Program-made: the position numbers and the translations under genes
DNA from: Paecilomyces variotii
Lineage: Eukaryota
Assembly: GCA_004022145.1 (NCBI GenBank)
Contig: RCNU01000025.1
Reading direction: 5' to 3' (one strand)
DNA length: 64,000 bases
Notes under the pieces: generated by a model
Told to the model about the DNA's origin: nothing
The model's database searches: none
What the model saw: the letters and a program-made list of their open reading frames with translations, nothing else
Part shown: positions 57,031 through 64,000 of the stretch, piece after piece
Layout: each line of letters begins with the position of its first letter
Numbering within the stretch: the stretch's first letter is position 1

Positions 57031-57360
57031 GGTATCCACTGCGTAAGCGAATCCTCCTCTTCCTGAGTCAATTTATGGCCGTTGGCGCGCATATTACCTT
57101 AGTAAGTGACGCCTTTTAGCCGGTCGCGGAGCGTAGACCAAGGGATTTGAAATGTAGTGGCAGCTTAACGAATAGACGGTATTTCATGATTTTTAATAGC
57201 TTTGATAGCTAGTAGAACCCTACCCTCTTGCCCTGATGATTTTTGACGTTTTTCAGTGCGTTTTAGTGGCATAGTGGCTGTTGGAAGGTAGTAGGTGTAA
57301 AAACGCGACGCGTTTTGGAGAGGGGGCTAACCGGGTAGGCGGGCCGGGTAGGAATTACGT
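57030..57360 (-). mobile_element. 5' end of a Fot1/pogo DNA transposon (TIR + transposase HTH N-terminus), truncated
   Basis: Terminus ...ccgggtaggaattacgt|ta at 57360. ATG at 57272 (minus) reads MPLKRTEKRQKSSGQEGRVLLAIKAIKNHEIPSIR*AATTFQIPWSTLRDRLKG...KLTQEEEDSLTQWI, a typical psq/CENP-B HTH. Confidence 0.88.
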
Positions 57361-57582
57361 TATTCTGTGCTTTGCCCCTTTTTAAGGGAAAATAAGCACT
57401 TATATTAATATAATTAGAATTAGTTTTTCTTGGCTGAGAGCCTAAGCGGCCGAAAGAATTTCAGATAAAATTTATAAATTTTTGGATTTAGTGCTCTATA
57501 AAGGCGCTAGCATATCCTGATTAATCTCTATAATAGACTTTAAATCCTTATTCCTAGCGGGAGGGAGGTATAGAGTTATTAT

Positions 57583-57848
57583 ATTTAAAAAGTTGTGATA
57601 GAAGTAATAAATAAGTGTTAGCCTTGCATATAGGTCTGTTTACCGGGATATTACTGTATTTAAAAAGTTGTGATAGAAGTGGCAAATAAGCATTAGCCTT
57701 GCATGTGGGTCTGTTTACCGGGATGTTACTGTATTTGAAAGGTTGTGATAGAAGTGGCAAATAAGTGTTGGCCTTGCATGTGGGTCTGTTTACCGGGATA
57801 TTATTGTACTGTATATGGAAAGTTGTAATAGAAGTAACAAATAAGCGC
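57583..57848. repeat. ~3.5 tandem copies of a 75-bp unit upstream of merA
   Basis: Units start at 57583, 57658, 57733 and 57813 (the last offset by a 5-bp insertion). Core aagttgtgatagaagtggcaaataag...gccttgcatgtgggtctgtttaccgggat. Confidence 0.95.
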
Positions 57849-58211
57849 TATAGTAGTAATTGACCAAGCCTGTATCGGAGGGGGTAAGAAAGTTTTTCAT
57901 TGGTGATTATATCAGAGTTTCTGAGGTCCAGGCTCTGGGATTGAGAAGTTGCCCGCATGTATGTGCCGTTACTTAATATAGTACAGCAATTGCAGTAGTT
58001 AAAGTTTAACGGGTACGTCATCTTTACAACGCGTATATTACCGACCCAGGAATCTGGGTATGGTTAGTATAGAAATCGATGACTTAAAGACCTTGCAATA
58101 ACTCGTCTTTTCCTCTTGCCCATTCCTCATAGTGTGCGGAGTTTCCCGTATATACTTGGACGCTTTACCCCATAGCTGCAATTCGTTGGCAAGCTTGGGA
58201 CCGTCAGAACC

Positions 58212-59868
58212 ATGGCCACAGCTGAATTTGCTGCCGCTGAAATAGGTGGCTCGCAATGCTGTAATCTTGGAGATCATAATCAGCGTTGCCGGATAGTCAT
58301 CATCGGTCCGTCTCCAGATTCCCCCGGAATTATATGTACTTGGCCATCTGACATAGTGCAGGAGGGGGTTCAGCGGCATTCGCTGCCGCTGCCGCGGCCG
58401 CACCGTTCGCAGCCTCTGTTAAGATTGTGAACGAAGGCTTACCCATGGGCGGCACATGTGTGAATGTTGGCTGCGGTGAGTAAAGATTGGTGATAAATAC
58501 GTATTTTTGTGTTTATATTGCTAATGTGAATTATCTTGACCAGTTCCTTCGAAATTCCTCATCCAAGCGGCTCATATAAGCAGCCCCCACAATTCCAGTC
58601 CGCCATATCATGGGTTTTCGAACGTCTCTGAGAGAGTCAGCGACTTCGCTGCGTTGACGGCACAGAATCGTCAGCTTGTGGAAGATCTCCGTGAGAAGAA
58701 GTATGCCAATGTTATTGCCGGATTAAATAATGTTGAGTATGTCCAGGGGCTGGGAAGGATTCTCAGGAAAGGCGATTATTTCTCTATCGCTGTCGATTGC
58801 GGCAGCACTGAGGAAACGCCTTCCCGGGAACTACTTGCGGATCGAGTGATCTTAGCAACAGGTGTGCGCACCAGTCTTCCGAAGCAGTTGCTCCCGGATT
58901 TGGAGAAAGTGCCTTATCTCACAAACGAAACCGCTTATTTCGAGCCTATCCTACCAGAATCTCTCATCGTGCTCGGTGGAGGCTATGTTGCGGTGGAAGC
59001 GGCCCAGATGTTCGCACGACTTGGCTCTCGGGTGACGCTTCTGCAGCGATCGTCACACATTCTCTCCGACACTGATGAAGATATAGGGCTGGCTTTAGCT
59101 GGCTATTTGCGAGAGGAAGGGATAGACGTGGTTGTGGGCCTCGAGATATTGTCTGCAACTCTTGATGATGGCAAGGTTATGGTAACGGCGAGACTGACCA
59201 ACGGAAAGCCCTGGACTTTTAAAGCATCAAAGATCTTCGTTGCCACTGGTCGCCGTGCGAAGACGGAAAACGTGTCAGAGGTACCGCTGCGGCTGTCTGA
59301 TTCGCCGCATGGCGGATTTGTTGTTTCAGATACCTTACAGACTTCCATTTCCGGGGTTTATGCCGCAGGGGACTGTGTTGCTGGCTCGCCGCAATATGTG
59401 TACACGGCAGCAGCGGAAGGCAAACTTGCAGCGCTCAATGCTCTGGCCTCGTTTAATGGCCAAAAGGAGTCGCCGATCGATTATTCAGTCGTCCCTTGGG
59501 TTGTTTTTTCATCTCCAGCTGTCGCTGGAGTCGGTCTCGATGTCCATGAAGCCCGAGCCAAAGGCATCGACGCCGAAACTTCCATTGTCCCCCTCTCCCT
59601 CCTTCCTCGGGCCATCGTGCAACAGGAAACACGTGGGTTTGTGACCTTGATTCGGAATAAGCAGGACGACACCATTATTGGAGCGCGTATCTTGGCAGAA
59701 GAAGGCGGAGAGCTCGCTATGGAAGCGTCCCTTTGTGTTCAACATAAGATCAAGGCCCAGGAACTGGCGGGGATGTTCCATCCGTATTTGACGTGGAATG
59801 AAGCCTGGAAATTAGCAGCTTTGGGATTTTCAAAGGACGTCAACCAGCTTAGCTGTTGTGCAACATAG
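58212..59868 (+). CDS. merA: Mercuric reductase (MerA, class I pyridine nucleotide-disulfide oxidoreductase); 3 exons 58212-58305, 58362-58475, 58544-59868; 510 aa
   Basis: Introns 58306-58361 (gtccgt..ctgac..cag) and 58476-58543 (gtgagt..gctaat..cag). Splicing restores the FAD motif [14 protein letters not shown] and the redox dithiol [13 protein letters not shown]. Also present: NADPH motif [26 protein letters not shown] and the MerA-diagnostic C-terminus [13 protein letters not shown]. Confidence 0.95.
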
Positions 59869-59919
59869 CCGCGCATGCCACGGCTCTAACTAGCTGTCTT
59901 GTCTAGAATATGGAATTTT

Positions 59920-60254
59920 ATTACTTAGAAGAGTCGGAGATCTCCGAAGAGGGATGCGAGGGTCGGTAGGCAGTCCGGAAAAGCTCATCGTGGAGTGCAG
60001 AGTACCCGATATAGTTTTCAGTGGTGCAGCATTGATTTAGCCCCTTCTATGGAGCATGAGCAGGATCAGTCACGTAAGAGGGCTCCGCCAAGGTGCAGTG
60101 GGTGTGGGGAGACAGGGCATAAGATCAATCGTTGTAAGAATCGCTAGTTTGAGACAAATAGATACGTTTTTGGTAGAGATATCCTGATTCAAAAATTCCT
60201 GATGGTGGTGGGTGTCTGGTTTAACCGGGTGTCCGGCTTAACCGGGAATTACGG
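59920..60254 (+). mobile_element. 3' end of a second Fot1/pogo transposon (C-terminal zinc knuckle + TIR), truncated
   Basis: RKRAPPRCSGCGETGHKINRCKNR* ends at 60147, followed by ttaaccgggtgtccggcttaaccgggaattacgg|ta. Left limit approximate. Confidence 0.85.
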
Positions 60255-60443
60255 TATGTGCTCGCAGTAAAAGCTGAAGTGAGCATCACATTTCTCCCCC
60301 CTGTCGTGTCTGTTCGTCCGCGGACACATAAAGACCTACTTTTTTCCGACAAAAGATGCTGTTCCACACACAACATAGGGGTGATCATAAGACTCACTGT
60401 AATCACGGTGAATTTTTTCCCTTAACATCGAAAGTTGAGGAAC

Positions 60444-60822
60444 ATGCCTCTATGCAGCGTACGAACTGCTGAGAGGAATTTTTCCCCCTTGTAAGTCAAA
60501 AGGATTTGTGCCTTTACCTATTAATTCTTTGACTCACCTTGAGACAGATGGTTCTCGGTGTCCCTAGGCACAGGGATGGCTTCTATGCTTCTGAGCCAGC
60601 TACCTTATAACACCCGTGGCGTCCAATTGGCATCTCTTGCATTGTTCGTCTTAAACATTCTGGTTTTCGTTACCATATTGGCTATCAGTATGTGTCGGTA
60701 CATTCTCTACCTACAAGCATTACGGGGCGTCATCGAAGACCGTGAGCAAATACTGTCCTTGCCACTTATACCCATGGCATATTCAACGTTAATAAATATG
60801 ATAACATTTGTGCTTGTTCCCT
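60444..60822 (+). pseudogene. 5' fragment of an Ssu1/Mae1-like TDT (SLAC1) family transporter, truncated by a LINE fragment
   Basis: ATG 60444 and intron 60491-60547 (gtaagt..cag). The spliced product RNFSPLWFSVSLGTGMASMLLSQLPYN...FVLNILVF...RYILY...PMAYSTLINMITFVLVP matches the N-terminal TM helices of Ssu1-type proteins. Sequence switches to LINE DNA at ~60822. Confidence 0.85.
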
Positions 60823-62810
60823 TATGTATTTCTCGTGTAGTAATAGGTGGAAATTTAATTGGTTCAGGGTATTAGAAAGAAGCAGTGTCGGAGAGATTAG
60901 CCAGCGGTAGTTGTGGGAAAAAGGCCGCCTAAAAGGCTTTTGCTTTCTGATCGATTATCTCTATAAGTTTGCCCGGTCTTTCAGGATCTTGGACTTTTAA
61001 TAAGGGGGTGAGACCTTTCTTATATACTTTATTGCGGTTTCTTGCCTATTTAGTAAGACGCCATATATCCCGCGGGCTATCTTTAATAACCTGTTAGACT
61101 CGGCGCTGGTGCGCTCTAGATAGTACCTTTTTAATAAGGCATACCTTATTGTTGCGTGCCTAGGTATATCGCATCTAATTATAGGGGTCTTTTATCTTTA
61201 TATATTTATATTGTAGGCGACAGACTTCCTAAATGGCGGCCTTGCATTTATTATTAAAATCTAGGTTTAACTATGCTGATAGGTTCGCCTATAGGGTAGA
61301 GAAGTTAATTGCTAATTAAACGATATCTAGCAGCATCTAGCATTAATACTTAATTTATATTAGGTCTGCTTGGGAGAGATCTCTTGCTTATAGCCCTTCT
61401 TCAATTTTCTGAATAAGCTTAGCGTTGTTAGTTACCTTCTTATTTCTCCATTTCTCCTATATATGTATTGGCGTTTTAATATTAAGTACTATTCTGACAG
61501 GGAAATAGTTAGATAAATATTTAATATTATCCGTTTACTTGCAGCGGATTAGTCTATTAAAGAGACTTAAACTAATAAAGATAAGTTTAATAACTGAAGA
61601 CTAATTGTTTTAAGTCTAGGTGGCTTTTCCTTTCTTAGTAATTAAGTTAAGATTATGCTTATCTATAATCTCCAGCAGTTGTTCAGCTTTATTGTTAACC
61701 CTAGTGCCTACTCCTCCCTATACTAGGTAATATATATTTATATCTCCTACTACTATATGCTCGGCTAAGAGTCGCTTAGCCAGTTTACTTTTTAGCTGAG
61801 CTAAAGTATTGCTGCCAGATCTATTATATATATTATACATAAATAGGTCTATCTAGTCCTTGCCTATATAAGCCTTTCTAAGCTTTAATAGCTGGTAATC
61901 CCGCGAGATGACCTGGCATAACCAAGTAGCAGGGTCGATCTTTTTTGACACGAAGAGGCATATACTAGGTTGAGGAGGATCTGGGTCTGGACCTTGTCCC
62001 TGGCCTTGGTTCTGTCCCCTCAGGGTTTGCTTTGCTGGGTAGAGTAGCTGGAATGTTACTGCTGCTAGTTGATGGGTTATATGTTGCTCTTTATTTTTCC
62101 ACAGTTCCTATACGGCAATAACATCTATCTTTAGGACTTTCTTGTCCCTAAGAAATGTGGCTATTACCAGCTATGCTTTGTGTGCGTTGTAGTGAATATT
62201 TTAAACGACTTTATTAGTGAAGTTGTTTGTCATTGCTCTGCTTGCTGGTCTTATGCTATACTTCATTATTTGGGTCTTCAATTATAGGTGTATCAGTTAT
62301 GATCGCGGGAGGGGAGGATCTGATAAGTATTGCCCGTTGTTGGTTATACTTAAGAGTGATGAGTTTCCGGTATTCTGGGCTCTCTGGGTCTAGCTCCTCT
62401 AGATTAGGCTCTGGTATAGTGTCAATATTGTTTATCGTTGTAATATCATTGGTAAACTGGGTGAGCTCATCTTTGAAATTATCCTGTTGTAGGATGTTAT
62501 ATAGGAGGGCACTCTGTGTGAGCTGGATGTTGAACCAGTTACTGTCATCCAGTTGTTCGTCCATGGTATCCTCCGGCTCTCCTACTCGGCGTTTCTTAGA
62601 CACTATGTTGTCTTGTTCGACTCTCTGAGAAGAAGCAGCCTGGGATCTTGTTGACCGCTGCCTTGCCCGAACCACCGAGGATGTGGGTGCTTGTTCCTTG
62701 GGCCTAGTTCTGGAACCCTTCGGGCGACCGGGGCCCCTTCTCGGCTTTGTTGGCTCAACCTGCACTTGAGGAGCCCTCTCCGACCTCTCTGGTTCGAGTT
62801 CCAGATCTAT
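60823..62810 (-). mobile_element. Tad1-like LINE fragment (ORF1 C-terminus + ORF2 AP-endonuclease), truncated at both ends, partly RIPed
   Basis: Minus strand: DVIAVQE (~62120), RVCLFVSKKID (~61950), HIVVGDMNAHHPAWGG-like (~61710-61760), FFPQLP (~60915); ends just before the RT domain. The ORF1 tail is ORF 62256-62861 with AT-hook-like PRRGPGRPKGS. Confidence 0.85.
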
Positions 62811-62867
62811 TATGATCGGTGGTGGGGAGCCAGCAAGATGATACACCAAACTCAAGAACAAAAAGCC

Positions 62868-63530
62868 ATGGTTGGTCCTTATGTCGCCGTGCTAGTAACT
62901 TCAGTGATACGTCGTTCCCCTACCCCCGACAGTCTGTCGGGCTCCGACACCACTTCCAGAAACAAGTTTTCATATATCGCCCCGGTCATTGTGATCTCTG
63001 TTGGACTAACTGCGATACTTCTCTTGAATATTTATTTTCGTCGTCGTTCTTCTCAGCGGGTGACGCCTGTTAATACCCTTCCTGCAAACCAACAACAAAG
63101 CCGCGAGACGAATACAGCAAAAGCACTTCTAGATACCTTTCCCATTGTTAAGTTCAGAGGCCCGCATGATAGCAGTCTGGAAATGGGCGATTTGGCCGCC
63201 GTTTCTCGTGAAAGCAGAGAATTAAGGGCACCAGCTAATCAAGGGCCGCAGCCGTGGGAAACGTCAGAACAAAATACTACGGTGGATGAAAGAGACCTTG
63301 CTCAAGTACATCGGAAAACTTCAAATGTATCACCCACACTTACTCTCGCTTATGCGACGGCAAATGTTGCTTGCTCAATCTGTACCGAGAACTTTACCGA
63401 CGGCCAGAATGTGAGAATGTTGCCGTGTGGTCATCAGTTCCATCCACGGTGTATTGACCCATGGCTTCTCAATCGGTCATATACATGTTCTATGTGCCGC
63501 ATTGATCTCAGTCGGTCTGATCTTGTCTAG
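62868..63530 (+). CDS. Transmembrane RING-H2 E3 ubiquitin ligase-like protein (~220 aa)
   Basis: TM segment YIAPVIVISVGLTAILLLNIYF followed by RRRS, then a C-terminal C3H2C3 RING CSICTENF...LPCGHQFHPRCIDPWL...CSMC. The start is taken as the gccATG at 62868. Confidence 0.85.
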   Translation: MVGPYVAVLVTSVIRRSPTPDSLSGSDTTSRNKFSYIAPVIVISVGLTAILLLNIYFRRRSSQRVTPVNTLPANQQQSRETNTAKALLDTFPIVKFRGPHDSSLEMGDLAAVSRESRELRAPANQGPQPWETSEQNTTVDERDLAQVHRKTSNVSPTLTLAYATANVACSICTENFTDGQNVRMLPCGHQFHPRCIDPWLLNRSYTCSMCRIDLSRSDLV

Positions 63531-64000
63531 TTGGATAGCTCTAGGGCAAATAATGGGCAACCAAGCTAGGGTTATGACACCTGGATTGCAAAGATAATGC
63601 ATTGTGACTGAAAATCATGTAAAGGATTTCTAGGAGAACTTTGAAATGTCTACGTCAAACTTTGTTAGAATAATCTTCTGTCTCTCGCAGTATGACTAGA
63701 ATTTCTGCCAGAGGGTCCAGGCTGAATGATTTTTAAAAAATGTTGAACCTTATACTCTGATTTATTCCCCAGGCTCTTCACGAACTTCAGTTGTATATAG
63801 CACCCTGGCCAATGTATCCAAGATAGCAATAATTCAGAACATACGATATCCCGGACGGGGTATCCCAGACAACAATGGTGTACTAATCACATGCTTAACC
63901 TTAAAATATCCAGCCTCAAGCGACGGTTGCAAAAAAAAAAGAAACACAACCAAAGAGCTCGGTGTTCAAAGCGGCTCCCGCCAACCCAAATATCATTTAG

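Noticed and set aside
57554-57848. CRISPR-like array or 68-aa repeat protein
   Set aside because: Units are contiguous 75-bp repeats with no unique spacers in a eukaryotic context; the ORF is a by-product of a unit length divisible by three.
58964-59781. Several short ORFs overlapping merA
   Set aside because: Alternate-frame or antisense shadows of a strong coding sequence.
58654-59868. ORF-track 404-aa protein starting at TTG
   Set aside because: It is only part of exon 3 of merA; the FAD motif and active-site dithiol require the two upstream exons.
57030-60254. Composite Fot1 transposon carrying merA
   Set aside because: The two TIRs are in the same orientation and differ in sequence, and I found no inverted partner TIR in the window.
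61107-61121. Plus-strand WCALD peptide, identical to the MerB active-site motif, 1.2 kb from merA
   Set aside because: It is the antisense of LINE ORF2, is flanked by stops and has no other MerB-like sequence; treated as coincidence.

Overview
Filamentous ascomycete (Pezizomycotina-type) genomic DNA in two compartments. (1) 1-~48020 is an extremely AT-rich block of nested LTR retrotransposons degraded by RIP (C>T/G>A). From LTR pairs, target-site duplications and de-RIPed domain motifs I resolve seven Ty3/Gypsy copies or fragments, two full-length Ty1/Copia elements and a solo LTR. Two Gypsy elements carry extra coding cargo. The 10.2-kb element at 16815-26986 has a 3' ORF that de-RIPs to a PhyH-like 2OG-Fe(II) dioxygenase. 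The element at 37728-45201 has an antisense ORF with a Zn2Cys6-like cysteine pattern. (2) ~48020-64000 is a mosaic accessory region with orphan ORFs, RIP-killed gene-like relics, Fot1/pogo and Tad1-LINE fragments, a truncated Ssu1/TDT transporter and a TM-RING-H2 ligase. It also holds an intact, two-intron, bacterial-type mercuric reductase (merA, 510 aa after manual splicing) with a 75-bp tandem array upstream. All de-RIPed translations are manual inferences; no database searches were run.
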